Shown here in pieces: positions 41,952-52,851 of a stretch of 64,000 nt of DNA. Every line of letters starts with the position of its first letter. Position 1 is the stretch's first letter. A program made the position numbers and the translations under genes. The notes under the pieces are model-generated. The model worked only from the letters and a program-made list of their open reading frames with translations, was not told the DNA's origin and searched no databases. This DNA is from Bacillota bacterium (lineage in GTDB: Bacteria > Bacillota > Dethiobacteria > DTU022): assembly GCA_012799185.1 (NCBI GenBank), contig JAAZLS010000074.1:781-64780 (forward strand), read 5' to 3'.

Positions 41952-44012
41952 CTATTTATACTTGGATGCTGTTCTTTTTCCCTTGCGGCTGGAAAAAGAG
42001 GCCTGCTCCAACTCAAAGATAATATCGCGCAGCTCGGCCGCTCTCTCAAACTCCAGCTCCCCAGCCGCCTCCTCCATCTCCCGCCGCAACTCCTGAATCA
42101 TCTTTCTACGCCGAGCCGGGTCCAATCCAACTAGTTTCTCCGGGCTGTAATCGCCCTCCTCCTCCGCAACCCGGGTCGCTTCAATTAGGCCACGGATCGG
42201 TTTAACCACGCTACGCGGGGTAATCTGGTGAGCACGATTGAAAGCAATCTGCTTTTGGCGGCGGCGTTCGGTCTCATCGATCGCCCGTTGCATGGAGCCG
42301 GTAATCGTATCGGCATACATAATGACCCGACCGGAAACATTGCGGGCAGTCCGGCCGATGGTCTGAATCAGTGAGCGTTCCGATCTTAGAAAACCTTCCT
42401 TATCTGCATCAAGGATGGCTACTAGGGCTACCTCGGGCAAGTCCAGCCCCTCTCGTAATAGGTTAATCCCGACCAGGATATCAAACTCCCCCAATCGCAG
42501 TCCCCGAATAATAGAGATCCGCTCCAGGGAGTCGATATCGGAGTGAAGGTAACGGACCTTTAACCCCATCTCCCGGTAGTAATCGGTAAGATCCTCCGCC
42601 ATCCGCTTGGTCATGGTAGTCACCAGTACTCGCTGGTTAGACTCCACTACCGACCGGATCTCCCCGTACAGATCATCGACCTGTCCCCCGGCGGGACGCA
42701 CAATAACCTGGGGATCGACCAGTCCGGTAGGCCGAATAATCTGTTCCACCACGGCCCGGCTATGTTCCAGCTCCCAGGGACCGGGGGTGGCCGAGAGAAA
42801 GATAGCCTGTTTTATAAGCTGTTCAAACTCGTCAAACTTAAGCGGCCGGTTATCCAACGCCGAGGGGAGACGGAAACCGTGCTCGACCAGGGTGCTCTTG
42901 CGTGAAAAGTCACCGCGGTACATGCCGTTGATCTGGGGGACGGTGATATGGGATTCGTCTACAATTACCAGGTAATCATCGGGAAAATAATCGAGCAGGG
43001 TATAGGGCCGGCTACCCTCCGGGCGCCGGTCAAAATGCCGGGAGTAATTTTCAATCCCGGAACAGAAGCCGACCTCGGTTAGCATCTCCAAATCGTAGCG
43101 GGTGCGTTGTTCCAACCGCTGAGCCTCCAACAATCGACCCTCTTGTCGCAGCTCCGCCAGGCGTTCCTTTAACTCCTGCTTAATATCGGCCACCGCCTCC
43201 GGCAATAACCCGGGTGAGGTAACATAGTGGGAAGCCGGAAAAACGGCCGCATGGCTACGCTCCCCGATTACCCGGCAGGTGAGGGGATCGATCTCGCGAA
43301 TCCGTTCGATTTCATCACCAAAAAGCTCTACTCGCAACGCGGCACCGGTAAAGGAGGCCGGGAAAATTTCGATCAACTCCCCCCGAGCGCGGAAGGTACC
43401 CCGTTTAAAATCGATTTCATTGCGCTGGTACTGGATCTGTACCAGACGGGAAAGAATTTCCTCCCGGCTCATCCGGGTCCCTACCCGCAGCGAAAGGAGC
43501 TGCTCCCCATATTCCCGGGGAGAACCCAACCCATAGATACAGGAAACACTGGCTACGATAATCACATCTCGCCGTTCCAGTAGGGCACTGGTGGCCGAAT
43601 GGCGTAGCTTATCTATCTCGTCATTAATGGACGAATCTTTTTCGATGTAGGTGTCGGTCGAAGGGAGGTAGGCTTCCGGCTGGTAGTAATCATAATAGCT
43701 TATAAAGAACTCTACGGCGTTATCAGGAAAAAATTCCTTAAATTCGCTGCAGAGCTGGGCGGCCAGGGTCTTATTGGGGGCCATCACCAGGGTTGGCCGC
43801 CGAACCTGCTGGATAATATTAGCCATGGTAAAGGTCTTCCCGGAACCGGTTACCCCCAGCAGGGTTTGGTACCGGTAACCCCGATTTAGACCCTCCACCA
43901 GGTTTTGTATGGCTGCCGGTTGATCCCCGGCCGGGGCAAAATCGGCAACCAGTTTAAAGGAATTTCCCGCCTCTATTTTTCCTTCTATTTTTCCTCTAGT
44001 CACCGCCAACAC
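41952..44012 (-). CDS. uvrB: Excinuclease ABC subunit B
   Basis: Helicase motifs ([12 protein letters not shown]) and a C-terminal UvrB/UvrC interaction domain. Confidence 0.95.
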   Translation of the reverse strand: MLAVTRGKIEGKIEAGNSFKLVADFAPAGDQPAAIQNLVEGLNRGYRYQTLLGVTGSGKTFTMANIIQQVRRPTLVMAPNKTLAAQLCSEFKEFFPDNAVEFFISYYDYYQPEAYLPSTDTYIEKDSSINDEIDKLRHSATSALLERRDVIIVASVSCIYGLGSPREYGEQLLSLRVGTRMSREEILSRLVQIQYQRNEIDFKRGTFRARGELIEIFPASFTGAALRVELFGDEIERIREIDPLTCRVIGERSHAAVFPASHYVTSPGLLPEAVADIKQELKERLAELRQEGRLLEAQRLEQRTRYDLEMLTEVGFCSGIENYSRHFDRRPEGSRPYTLLDYFPDDYLVIVDESHITVPQINGMYRGDFSRKSTLVEHGFRLPSALDNRPLKFDEFEQLIKQAIFLSATPGPWELEHSRAVVEQIIRPTGLVDPQVIVRPAGGQVDDLYGEIRSVVESNQRVLVTTMTKRMAEDLTDYYREMGLKVRYLHSDIDSLERISIIRGLRLGEFDILVGINLLREGLDLPEVALVAILDADKEGFLRSERSLIQTIGRTARNVSGRVIMYADTITGSMQRAIDETERRRQKQIAFNRAHQITPRSVVKPIRGLIEATRVAEEEGDYSPEKLVGLDPARRRKMIQELRREMEEAAGELEFERAAELRDIIFELEQASFSSRKGKRTASKYK

Positions 44013-44103
44013 CTTTCAACGTGTATTCTTCAATATTTTATTATACCACATGGCGGCAAACAGATCCGTCACAGTAACTTTGTAACCGGAGGCGGGCGGG
44101 CTA

Positions 44104-44712
44104 TTAAGATATGAAGGAGCCCGGTGCTAACTGACCCCGGGTAAAGATCAGCACTAGGCCAATGATAATAAATAGTATAGCCGTAATGATTTTTATGATG
44201 GTCGGGTCGACCCGGGATAAAAAACGGGCACCCAGGAAAATAGCCAATCCATGGTTGGCGGCCATGGCCAACATGCCTCCCGTCAGCACCAGCAACGGCT
44301 GCCCTAAATTGGCCGCCAGCAACATGGCTGCCAGCTGGGTCTTGTCACATAGCTCCGCAATAAAGACCATTCCCAGGGTCTGGTAAAATCCAGCTTTGCC
44401 GGTAGGCATCCCCGTCTCCTCCTCCCGCTTAAGGGCGGTATAGAGACCCATGAAGAGAAACATTACTCCGGAACCGATAATTAGCACCGTTGGCGGGCAA
44501 TAGGCCGCAATTAGCCCCCCGGCCAATATAGCCAGGCTCAACGATAAAAAGAGGGCGGTGAGGGCCCCTCCTAACACCTGGAAGGGCGGATAGCGACCGG
44601 CCATGGTGAGAGATACCAACTGGGTCTTATCGCCGAACTCGGCGATAAATATAGTGATAAAGGCTGTAATTAACGTCGAAAATTTTAACGCCTCCCTCGC
44701 TGTTCCCACCAC
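44104..44712 (-). CDS. UPF0016/GDT1-family membrane protein (putative Mn2+/Ca2+:H+ transporter)
   Basis: Two copies of the E-x-G-D-K-T motif (EFGDKTQL, ELCDKTQL) in a 6-TM protein. Confidence 0.75.
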   Translation of the reverse strand: MVGTAREALKFSTLITAFITIFIAEFGDKTQLVSLTMAGRYPPFQVLGGALTALFLSLSLAILAGGLIAAYCPPTVLIIGSGVMFLFMGLYTALKREEETGMPTGKAGFYQTLGMVFIAELCDKTQLAAMLLAANLGQPLLVLTGGMLAMAANHGLAIFLGARFLSRVDPTIIKIITAILFIIIGLVLIFTRGQLAPGSFIS

Positions 44713-46055
44713 CGGGCAAATAGGCGCCGCAGGGGGTTAAAGGAAGTGGGACTCTTCATCTCTACGTATACCGGGCAATCGGGAGGGGGGGCGATAATAA
44801 TCCCCAACTCCGCCCCCCGGTAAAGCGATGAGAAATACTTCGGGGTAGCCGGGAAAAGCGATGGCCCGGCCTTTATCTTGCTGGCGGGGGCTTTTTTAAA
44901 TACTAACGGGATAACCCGGCCCTCCCGGTCTATTTCCAGCAGGGTCATGAAATAACTCTCCTGGATCAGGGAAAACAGGTCAAAGGAATCCGTCAACTCC
45001 TGGCCATTTATTTTTAGGATAATATCCCCGGATTTAAGGCCGGCCTCCTCGGCCGGCGAACCGGGAATAACCATCATAACCCCGGCCCCCCGGGGAGGGG
45101 CAGAATAGAGGGGAGACCGGGAGAGCTCCCCCCGCTGGCCACGGAGAATTACCCACTCATGACCCAGGGGGGCAAATAATATCCCGGGCAGGGTCAGGTA
45201 GGGAGCAAACTCGGCAACCACGGCCAATGCCAGGAGAACCAAGCTGTAAAGCGCCAGGTGGCGGGCGGAACTACTCGCTTTTTCTCGCGGGGAGGTCGAT
45301 ATAGCCAGGTCGGCATAGCCGAGACCGGCTACTACCGGCACCATCATATATTGCAAGGTTTCACCCGGGCCGATCTCCAGGGTAGTCCTAATAATCGGCC
45401 ACCATTCCGGCATGCTGGCCCCAACTATTTCCGAGGAGGCTACTACCGATACCATTAGCGCCACCAGTGGCAGCGGCCAGAACCGCTGTAAGGTAAAGCC
45501 GCCTACCACCGGCCCCCCGGCCTTTTTAAAATAAACCGGGCTGGGACTCCAGCGACCGCTAAAATAGATTAAGAGCGATTCGATTAGATGTAACAGGGCA
45601 ATCAAGGCCAACAGGGCCGGCAGGTGGATCTTAAAGAGTCCGGCTAACGGGGGGGTGGTCGCCAGGGAGGGAAAGTAGCGGGATAAGAAGTCGGCCAGCA
45701 GGCAAAAGAGGCCCACGATCCCCCCCGCATAGGCAAAGCAAAGGTAACGGGGATTTATAAATAGCAGTAAAATCGCCACCGGCCAGATATAGAGAAGCCC
45801 GATCTGCTCCAGCGATAGCCCCAACAGGACCATCGCCACGCTGGTTAAAAACCCACCGACAATCCCCAACCCGATAGAGCCGCCGATCTGCTGCCAGATC
45901 TTGTTAATTACCCGCCCAAATAGTTTCTTTTCCAGGGCGGCCAGGCGCTGGTGTTGAATGAAAATTAAGAAGACTACCATCCAGTAAAAGGGGGTTCGAA
46001 AAGTATAGCCGAAGACTACCATAAACATCCGGCCTAATTCCTGTATAAATTCCAC
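44685..46055 (-). CDS. Polytopic membrane protein with C-terminal PDZ domain
   Basis: About 8 TM segments, then PDZ-like GSPAEEAGLKSGDIILKINGQEL. No HExxH was seen, so it is not called a site-2 protease. Confidence 0.55.
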   Translation of the reverse strand: MEFIQELGRMFMVVFGYTFRTPFYWMVVFLIFIQHQRLAALEKKLFGRVINKIWQQIGGSIGLGIVGGFLTSVAMVLLGLSLEQIGLLYIWPVAILLLFINPRYLCFAYAGGIVGLFCLLADFLSRYFPSLATTPPLAGLFKIHLPALLALIALLHLIESLLIYFSGRWSPSPVYFKKAGGPVVGGFTLQRFWPLPLVALMVSVVASSEIVGASMPEWWPIIRTTLEIGPGETLQYMMVPVVAGLGYADLAISTSPREKASSSARHLALYSLVLLALAVVAEFAPYLTLPGILFAPLGHEWVILRGQRGELSRSPLYSAPPRGAGVMMVIPGSPAEEAGLKSGDIILKINGQELTDSFDLFSLIQESYFMTLLEIDREGRVIPLVFKKAPASKIKAGPSLFPATPKYFSSLYRGAELGIIIAPPPDCPVYVEMKSPTSFNPLRRLFARWWEQRGRR

Positions 46056-47548
46056 GCAGCCGCTTCACCTCCCTTAGAAAAAGAATGAGCCGGGTTTACC
46101 AATAGATTTCGGGCCAGCTCCAGCTGGGGGTCATTCTCCGCCAGTAGCTGCTCCATCGCCTGGCGTAACCGGAGGGCGGTCAAACTATCCAGGATACCAT
46201 CGGCCTCCAGGCCGCAATCCCGTTGAAAATCAGCCAAGGCCTCGGCCGTATCCGAATCGAAATAGCCAGAGGGGGTAACCGGTTTAATATTCAACTCCTT
46301 CAGCATCTGCTGAAGCAACTCTACCTCTAACCCCCAGTCCCCCCGCTCCAATACCCCCGGGAAAAAAGTATCATAATGTTTAAAAGCTTCCGGTAGCTTC
46401 AGGGGGTAATCTGGCTTCAGCCCCTGCCCATGCAGATCGTAACCGGAGGGAGTGAGATACTTAGCTACGGTAAGTTTAAGCGCACCCCCCCCTGCTAGAT
46501 CCTCCAGGTTCTGCACCGTTGCCTTACCGTAAGTTGTCTCCCCCACCAGGAGCGCCGCCCGGTGATCCTGGAGGGCCCCGGCAATCACTTCGGAGGCACT
46601 GGCCGACTCTTCATTGATCAGCACCACCAGCGGATAGGGCTTTCCACTGCTGTAGGAATGGTGGATATCTAGAACCTCTCCCCGGCGATCTACCAGCCGG
46701 GTAATCTCCCCCTCCGGCACCAGTTCCCCGGCAATTTGAAGCGCCTCCTCCAGCAGCCCGCCGGCATTATTCCGTAAATCAAGAATTAACCCCTTACCCA
46801 ATCCGTCCGTTTCTTCCAGGGCCTCCAGCTGGCGGATAAAACTGGCACCGGTGGAACGTTCAAAACCGGTGATCTGGATATAGCCGATTCCCGGTTCTTT
46901 AACCCGGGAGAAGACCGTCTCCACCTTTACCTCTTCCCGTTGGATAGTAATCTCCAGGGGCCCGGTTACACCGGGGCGTTCCACCGCCACCTTAACCGGG
47001 GTCCCAGGCGGCCCCCGGATCAGATCGGCCGCCCGCTGCAGGCTCTCCCCGGAGATTGCAGTTCCATCAACACTAATGAGCCGGTCCCCCGCATTAAGCC
47101 CGGCCCTTTCGGCGGGGGAACCGGGAAAAAGTGCCAGCACCCAGGTCTGATCACCGATCTCGGCCAGGCGGACCCCAACCCCGGAGAAGAGGCCGGTGGT
47201 CTCGATCATAAAATCTTCCAGCCGACTGGAATCATAATAACATGTTTGGGGATCGTCCAGTACCTTTAACGTCCCCTCAATAGCCCCCTCTAGCAGCCGG
47301 TCCAGGGTTACCGGCTCCAGGTAATCCCGGGAGATCTTCTCCAGGACCTGGACAAACTGTTCCATTGCCTCCGAGAAATGGTCGCCGTCCGGCGGAACCC
47401 CCTTTTCCGGGTAGGCCCCTTCCGATGGCGCTTCCCCTACCGGACGGGAGCTGCCCAGGTGATAAGCCACTAAATTACTGCCAAGTAATAAGGCAATCAG
47501 GACCGATATGATCGCGATCTGTTTCCAATGCCACCTATTGGGCTTCAT
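46034..47548 (-). CDS. S41-family carboxy-terminal processing peptidase (CtpA/CtpB-like) with PDZ and C-terminal peptidoglycan-binding domains
   Basis: N-terminal signal/TM, PDZ (GSPAERAGLNAGDRLISVDG), S41 catalytic region, and a C-terminal PG_binding_1-like repeat (ALADFQRDCGLEADGIL). Confidence 0.85.
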   Translation of the reverse strand: MKPNRWHWKQIAIISVLIALLLGSNLVAYHLGSSRPVGEAPSEGAYPEKGVPPDGDHFSEAMEQFVQVLEKISRDYLEPVTLDRLLEGAIEGTLKVLDDPQTCYYDSSRLEDFMIETTGLFSGVGVRLAEIGDQTWVLALFPGSPAERAGLNAGDRLISVDGTAISGESLQRAADLIRGPPGTPVKVAVERPGVTGPLEITIQREEVKVETVFSRVKEPGIGYIQITGFERSTGASFIRQLEALEETDGLGKGLILDLRNNAGGLLEEALQIAGELVPEGEITRLVDRRGEVLDIHHSYSSGKPYPLVVLINEESASASEVIAGALQDHRAALLVGETTYGKATVQNLEDLAGGGALKLTVAKYLTPSGYDLHGQGLKPDYPLKLPEAFKHYDTFFPGVLERGDWGLEVELLQQMLKELNIKPVTPSGYFDSDTAEALADFQRDCGLEADGILDSLTALRLRQAMEQLLAENDPQLELARNLLVNPAHSFSKGGEAAAWNLYRN

Positions 47549-47731
47549 CTACCCCCACCACCTTTAGCCCGGGTTTAGACATACTGTTTTAATTATATCT
47601 CTAGCTTCTTTAAAAAACTACCTCCCTCCGCTTAATCGGTGAAGGTGAGTAGCTATAATACAGTAGGCTATCGCTAAGCAACAATAAAAAACAGGCTATC
47701 TACCTGCTTTAAAATAAAAAAGCGAAGCAAT

Positions 47732-47787
47732 AAGGACCGTCCCCACTGCTTCACACCACTGCTTCAAGGACCGTCCCCACTGCTTCG
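47732..47787. repeat. Tandem direct repeat (about 34-bp unit, roughly 1.6 copies; core AAGGACCGTCCCCACTGCTTC twice, CCACTGCTTC three times) in the intergenic region between the M23 peptidase and ctpA
   Basis: Read directly from the sequence: 47732-47753 and 47766-47787 are 21/22 identical. Confidence 0.5.
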
Positions 47788-47805
47788 TTGCTGAGCTATT
47801 ATATT

Positions 47806-49086
47806 TTACTGTAAATACGGTAGGGGATTGATTCTTACCCCATTTTTGCGAACTTCAAAATGCAGGTGGGGGCCGGTACTGTTACCGGTAGAGCCGACCG
47901 TCCCGATACGCTGCCCGCGGGCTACGGCCTGGCCCTGCCCGACCAGGCGGGAGTTACAGTGACCGTAAACAGTCTGCCACCGGTCCCCCCGGGCATCGGT
48001 TCCATGATCAATAATTATTAAAGAGCCGTAAGCACCCGGCGCTCTATACTGGGGATTGCTTGTCTCATCCCGCCCCGGCGCCTTTTGGTAATTGTTGCTA
48101 CTATTGATGTAGATGCCGGAGAAGATAACCGTGCCGCTCTCTGCTGCCAGGATATAGGAGGGCGTAGAGTTATAATAAGGAGATAGGGGCCAGTTACTAA
48201 GCAATATCGCAATATCCAGCCCCCCATGATATGTAGAAACACCGGTAAAAGGATCTCTCCTAGCCCCAAAGTAGGAAGAGATATGCGAGTATCGATCCAC
48301 CGGCCAGTTAAGCCGGCCACCGATCCCGGTAAAGCTACCCTGCCCGGGAGCTAGCAGGCTGGCGATCAGCCGCTCCAGAGCGGCCGCCTCCTGCTCCATC
48401 TCCTGGATAGCCTTTAATCGCTGGTTTATCTCCGCCTGAAGTCGGTTTAATACCCGGCCCCGGGAGGCCAGGGTAACCTCTACCTCCTGCTCATGATCCA
48501 GTGTCTGCCGCCGCAACGCCTCCAGGCCGCTCCTTTTTTCCTCCAGCTCCTCTTTCCGCGCCTGAATCTGATCCCGTTCGGCCGTTACCTCCTCTAAAAG
48601 AGAGAGATCGTTATCAGCGATCGCTTTTAAATTAACTAGGCGGGTTAAAAAATCGGAAAAGTCGCTGGATTCCAGCAACACCTCCAGGTATGTAACCTGG
48701 CCCCGCTCGTAGATCACCCGAAGGCGCCGCTTTAAAAGGTTGTCCCGGTATTCTAACTCCGCTTCAGCCTCCGCCAGCTCTTCCTCGGCTACCGCTATCT
48801 CACCCTCCACACGGGAAATATGACCCGCCAGTTGGTTTAACTCCGACCGTAGCTCCTTTAATCGCGAGTCCAACTGGCCGAGCTCCGCCTTCAGGCCCTC
48901 TTCCTCCCCCTTCTGCTTCTTTAAATCCTGTCTCTCTTGCTGCAAACGTCGATCGATCTCAGCCTGTTCCTGCCTCTTCTCCTCGATCAGGGAACTATTA
49001 GTGGCATCCGTAGAGGGAACATTGACCATCATAACAATCAACATTAGTACCAATAGCAACAGGCTAGAGCGCCTTAACGAGTTCAT
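47806..49086 (-). CDS. M23-family peptidase with N-terminal coiled-coil (EnvC/PcsB-like FtsEX-associated hydrolase activator)
   Basis: Signal peptide, long heptad region, and a C-terminal LytM domain (HGGLDIA ... HLHFEV). Confidence 0.85.
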   Translation of the reverse strand: MNSLRRSSLLLLVLMLIVMMVNVPSTDATNSSLIEEKRQEQAEIDRRLQQERQDLKKQKGEEEGLKAELGQLDSRLKELRSELNQLAGHISRVEGEIAVAEEELAEAEAELEYRDNLLKRRLRVIYERGQVTYLEVLLESSDFSDFLTRLVNLKAIADNDLSLLEEVTAERDQIQARKEELEEKRSGLEALRRQTLDHEQEVEVTLASRGRVLNRLQAEINQRLKAIQEMEQEAAALERLIASLLAPGQGSFTGIGGRLNWPVDRYSHISSYFGARRDPFTGVSTYHGGLDIAILLSNWPLSPYYNSTPSYILAAESGTVIFSGIYINSSNNYQKAPGRDETSNPQYRAPGAYGSLIIIDHGTDARGDRWQTVYGHCNSRLVGQGQAVARGQRIGTVGSTGNSTGPHLHFEVRKNGVRINPLPYLQ

Positions 49087-49128
49087 ATCTATCCTCCCAT
49101 TGGCATGGTAAGGGCCATCCGCAATCCC

Positions 49129-50046
49129 TTATACCCTCAGGTAACGGCCCAGCGAAAACATGCTTCCCAGCACACCTAACCCGACGCCCAGGGGCAAAAG
49201 CAGCTTTGCCAGTTGACCCATAATTTCAACCGCGGGAAGCAGGCTAATAAAAGGTAGGTTGGTACCGATCCAACCGGTGGCTGCATTGTAGGTATAGTAG
49301 AAAGCCACCAGCGGCAGCACCGCTCCCAGGAGGCCTAGGGTCAATCCCTCCAGGATAAAGGGGCCGCGAATAAACCAGCTGGTCGCTCCCACGTAACGCA
49401 TAATCATGATCTCTTTCCGGCGCAATAGTACCGCCAACCCGATGGTATGGGAAATTAAAAATATGGCGGTTACCGCCAGCGCCCCCATTAGGATCAGGCC
49501 GGCCACCTGTAGAGCCCGGGTAGTAGTAAATAGCGGCTCCACGTAACCCTGACCGTAAAACACCTCTCCCACTGCCGGGTAGCGTTCCACCGCGCCGGCT
49601 ACCCGGGGAACATCTTCCGGAATTACGGTGCTAATCTCATAGGAGTCCCGCAGGGGATTCTGCCCGGCACTATCGTAAGGTTCAAGAAAATTGCCCCGGG
49701 CTCCAAATTGTTCTTTTAACCGCCCCAGGGCCTCTTCCCTGGGCACAAAGCGGACCTCCCGCAGATTGGGATCGCCGGCTAGCTGACGGCGCAGCTCATT
49801 ACGCTCACTGATACTGGCCTGATCATCAATATAGACCACGATCTCCACCTGCTGTTTTACCGTTTCGGTAACATACTCAACATTACGGTTAATCGCCACC
49901 AGGGTCCCCAGCATTAATAACGTAACTACTACCACCCCGATGGAGGCCAGGCTTACCCAAAAGTTACGATAAAAACTTTTAAAGGCCTCACCCCAGAAAT
50001 AGGCCAACCGCCTAAAGAGCACAGCTATAGGCCCCCCTCTCTTCAT
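49129..50046 (-). CDS. ftsX: Cell-division ABC transporter permease-like protein FtsX
   Basis: N-terminus FWGEAFKSFYRNFWVSLASIG is FtsX-typical; 4 TM. The start is either the ATG at 50046 or the GTG about 27 nt downstream that overlaps the ftsE stop. Confidence 0.8.
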   Translation of the reverse strand: MKRGGPIAVLFRRLAYFWGEAFKSFYRNFWVSLASIGVVVVTLLMLGTLVAINRNVEYVTETVKQQVEIVVYIDDQASISERNELRRQLAGDPNLREVRFVPREEALGRLKEQFGARGNFLEPYDSAGQNPLRDSYEISTVIPEDVPRVAGAVERYPAVGEVFYGQGYVEPLFTTTRALQVAGLILMGALAVTAIFLISHTIGLAVLLRRKEIMIMRYVGATSWFIRGPFILEGLTLGLLGAVLPLVAFYYTYNAATGWIGTNLPFISLLPAVEIMGQLAKLLLPLGVGLGVLGSMFSLGRYLRV

Positions 50047-50698
50047 CGCCGACCAGCCTTCCTCGATCCAAGTAAAGCACCCGTTGCCGACAATAGTCAA
50101 CAATTTCCCGGTCATGGGTAGCGATGACCACGGTTGTCCCCTGGATATTAATGGTACGAAGCAGATCAACTATCTCCAAGGAGGTAGCCGGGTCTAGGTT
50201 CCCGGTCGGTTCATCGGCAACGATCATCGCTGGACGGTTAACAATTGCCCGGGCGATACCGATCCGTTGCTGCTCACCACCAGATAGATCGCCCACCTTA
50301 ACCCGGGATTTATGGGAGAGCCCCACCAGCTCCAGGACCCGCGAGACCCTTCGCGGGATTATCCGGCCGGTAGCCCCTACTACATGCATGGCAAAGGCTA
50401 CATTATCATAGGCGGTACGATCCTCCAGTAAGCGGAAGTCCTGGAAAACCATGCCTATATTCCGGCGCAGATAGGGTATTCTTTTCCGGGGAATGAGGGC
50501 CAAATCTTGGCCCAGCACCTTCAGTTTACCGTCGGTCGGAGCTATCTCCCGGATGAGCAATTTTAGCAGGGTGGATTTGCCCGCCCCGCTGGGACCGACA
50601 ATAAAGACAAATTCCCCCCGTTTAACGACTAGATCTACATTATCTAAACCGATACAGCCACCTGCATAAGTTTTTGTCAAATTTTGTGTCTCGATCAT
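50012..50698 (-). CDS. ftsE: Cell-division ATP-binding protein FtsE
   Basis: 228 aa with Walker A GPSGAGKST, signature LSGGEQQR and Walker B IVADEPTGNLD. Confidence 0.9.
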   Translation of the reverse strand: MIETQNLTKTYAGGCIGLDNVDLVVKRGEFVFIVGPSGAGKSTLLKLLIREIAPTDGKLKVLGQDLALIPRKRIPYLRRNIGMVFQDFRLLEDRTAYDNVAFAMHVVGATGRIIPRRVSRVLELVGLSHKSRVKVGDLSGGEQQRIGIARAIVNRPAMIVADEPTGNLDPATSLEIVDLLRTINIQGTTVVIATHDREIVDYCRQRVLYLDRGRLVGDEERGAYSCAL

Positions 50699-50828
50699 CG
50701 CCCGGCCTTTTCTTTTCAGATTTACATAAAACCATGGTAAGAAAGTTCGACAGATTAACTGGAATTCCTTTATGTGGGCCTGATTAATTTACTTTTTTTG
50801 CAAGAATTTGTTTTTAGGTAGGTTCGGC

Positions 50829-50866
50829 TAAAAAAAAATAAAGGCCGGTGGGCTTACCGGCCTTTT
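50829..50866 (-). terminator. Rho-independent terminator after ilvC (GGCCGGTAAGCCCACCGGCC followed by TTTATTTTTTTT)
   Basis: Perfect 7-bp GC stem plus T-run on the minus strand, 10 nt after the ilvC stop. Confidence 0.55.
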
Positions 50867-50875
50867 GGTATGGCA

Positions 50876-51874
50876 CTACTCTTCTTTCTTAATCCAGGGA
50901 ATCATGGAGCGTAGCTCCCGGCCAACCTGCTCGATGGGATGCTTCTTCTCTATTTCACGCAACCGGTTAAAGACCGGTCGACCCACCCGATTCTCGGTAA
51001 TCCACTCCCGAGCAAATTCCCCGCTCTGAATCTCGCCCAGGATATCGGCCATATTTTCCCAGACCTGTTCATCAATCACCCGCGGCCCCCGGGTGAGATC
51101 CCCGTATTCGGCCGTATCGCTGACCGAGTAACGCATCCGAGCCAGGCCCCCCTCGTAAATCAGGTCGACAATCAACTTTAACTCGTGTAGGCATTCAAAA
51201 TAGGCTACATGGGGCTGGTAACCGGCCTCTACCAGGGTTTCATAAGCAGCCTTAACCAGGGAGGTAACACCTCCGCATAAGATGGTCTGCTCTCCGAAAA
51301 GATCGGTCTCGGTCTCCTCCTGGAAGGTGGTCTCAATTACCCCCGCCCGGGTAGATCCGATCGCCCGCGCGTAGGCTAGGGCCAGGGCATGGGCCTCCCC
51401 GGTATAATCCTGGTGCACCGCCAGCAGCGCCGGCACCCCCCGCCCACTAACGTAAACTCGCCGCAACAGGTGACCGGGGCTCTTGGGGGCCACCATAAAG
51501 ACATCTACCTCTGCCGGGGGGATAATCTGGCGGTAAAGGATATTAAACCCGTGGGAAAAAGCTAGGGCCTTCCCCTCTTTTACCTGGGGTAATATCTGCT
51601 GATAGACCTCCGGCTGTACCCCGTCATCCACTAAAAACATGATAATATCGGCTTCTGCGGCCGCCTCTACCAGCCCGGTTACCTTTAACCCGTCGGCCCG
51701 TGCCTTCTCCTTGCTTTTGCTTCCCTCGTGTAACCCTACCACCACCGAGATCCCGCTATCCTGCAGGTTCTGGGCCTGGGCGTGGCCCTGGCTACCGTAC
51801 CCCAGGATGGCCACGGTTTTCCCTTCTAGCAGCTTTAAATCCGCATCCTGATCATAATAAACCTTAACCATCAT
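50876..51874 (-). CDS. ilvC: Ketol-acid reductoisomerase
   Basis: 332 aa with the [14 protein letters not shown]-terminal NADP motif. Confidence 0.95.
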   Translation of the reverse strand: MMVKVYYDQDADLKLLEGKTVAILGYGSQGHAQAQNLQDSGISVVVGLHEGSKSKEKARADGLKVTGLVEAAAEADIIMFLVDDGVQPEVYQQILPQVKEGKALAFSHGFNILYRQIIPPAEVDVFMVAPKSPGHLLRRVYVSGRGVPALLAVHQDYTGEAHALALAYARAIGSTRAGVIETTFQEETETDLFGEQTILCGGVTSLVKAAYETLVEAGYQPHVAYFECLHELKLIVDLIYEGGLARMRYSVSDTAEYGDLTRGPRVIDEQVWENMADILGEIQSGEFAREWITENRVGRPVFNRLREIEKKHPIEQVGRELRSMIPWIKKEE

Positions 51875-51909
51875 ATCCTTACCTCCTGTAAATAGATTGA
51901 TCGGCCGCT

Positions 51910-52851
51910 TCAGGCCCCCCTGTTTTTTACCATCTCCCCGGCAACAGTAGCGACCCGGGAAGGGGTTAAACCGTAATGTTTAAGTAATGCCTCCGCCGTC
52001 CCCGATTGACCAAAGCAATCGGGCACCCCCAAACGCTTCAGCAGCGTCGGTCTATATTCACCCAACAGCTCCGCTACGGCACTGCCCAGGCCGCCGATAA
52101 TACTATGTTCCTCCAGGGTTATTACCGCCCCTGTTTTAGCGGCCCCCTCAATGATCATCTCCTTATCCAAAGGCTTTATGGTTGGGAGATGGATAACCGT
52201 TGCGTAAATATCCTGTTCCGCCAGTATGGCAGCTGCCTCCAAGGCAACCGCGGTCATGGAGCCGGTGGATAGGAGGCAGATATCACGACCGCTTTTAAGT
52301 AGAAGCCCCCGGCCGATCTGGAACGGCGCATCGGAAGGAAGCACCGGTGCAGTCTTCGGTCGTCCCAGGCGCAGGTAGACCGGCCCCTCCCAATCGGCGG
52401 CAGCCAGGGTGGCCCGGTAGGCTTCCGGAGCATCGGCCGGCACGATAATGGTCATCCCCGGTAGGGAACGCATTAGAGATATATCTTCCAGTGCCTGGTG
52501 CGAGGCTCCATCCTCACCGACGGTAACCCCGGAGTGACTACCGACAATCTTTACATTAAACCGGGAGTAGGCAACCGAGTTGCGGATCTGATCGTAGACC
52601 CGGCCGGTAGCAAAAACAGCGAAGGTGCTGGCAAAGGGTATTTTGCCGGCAGCAGCCAGCCCGGCAGCGGTGCCGATCAGATCGGCCTCCGCTACTCCCA
52701 CGTTAAAGAAACGATCGGGGAAGGCCTTGGCAAACCCGGCGGAATAGGTCGATTGGGAAAGATCTGCATCGAGGGCGACTATCCGGTTATTTGAACGGCC
52801 CAGCGCCAGCAGGGCTTCGCCATAGGCTTCCCTGGTTGCTTTTAAACTCAA
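51910..52851 (-). CDS. Transketolase, C-terminal (pyrimidine-binding) subunit
   Basis: 313 aa, split-transketolase C-terminal half; overlaps the N-terminal subunit gene by 4 nt. Confidence 0.9.
   Translation of the reverse strand: MSLKATREAYGEALLALGRSNNRIVALDADLSQSTYSAGFAKAFPDRFFNVGVAEADLIGTAAGLAAAGKIPFASTFAVFATGRVYDQIRNSVAYSRFNVKIVGSHSGVTVGEDGASHQALEDISLMRSLPGMTIIVPADAPEAYRATLAAADWEGPVYLRLGRPKTAPVLPSDAPFQIGRGLLLKSGRDICLLSTGSMTAVALEAAAILAEQDIYATVIHLPTIKPLDKEMIIEGAAKTGAVITLEEHSIIGGLGSAVAELLGEYRPTLLKRLGVPDCFGQSGTAEALLKHYGLTPSRVATVAGEMVKNRGA

Noticed and set aside
39086-42049. 987-aa UvrA ORF starting at 42049
   Set aside because: The first 39 codons overlap uvrB and are not UvrA-like. The internal ATG at 41932 with RBS AAGGTGAAG gives the canonical MNSGKII start.
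49090-49125. Sigma-54 (-24/-12) promoter-like TGGCAT near the M23/ftsX junction, and TGGCAT at 15380
   Set aside because: No correctly spaced TTGC(W) -12 element follows either TGGCA occurrence.
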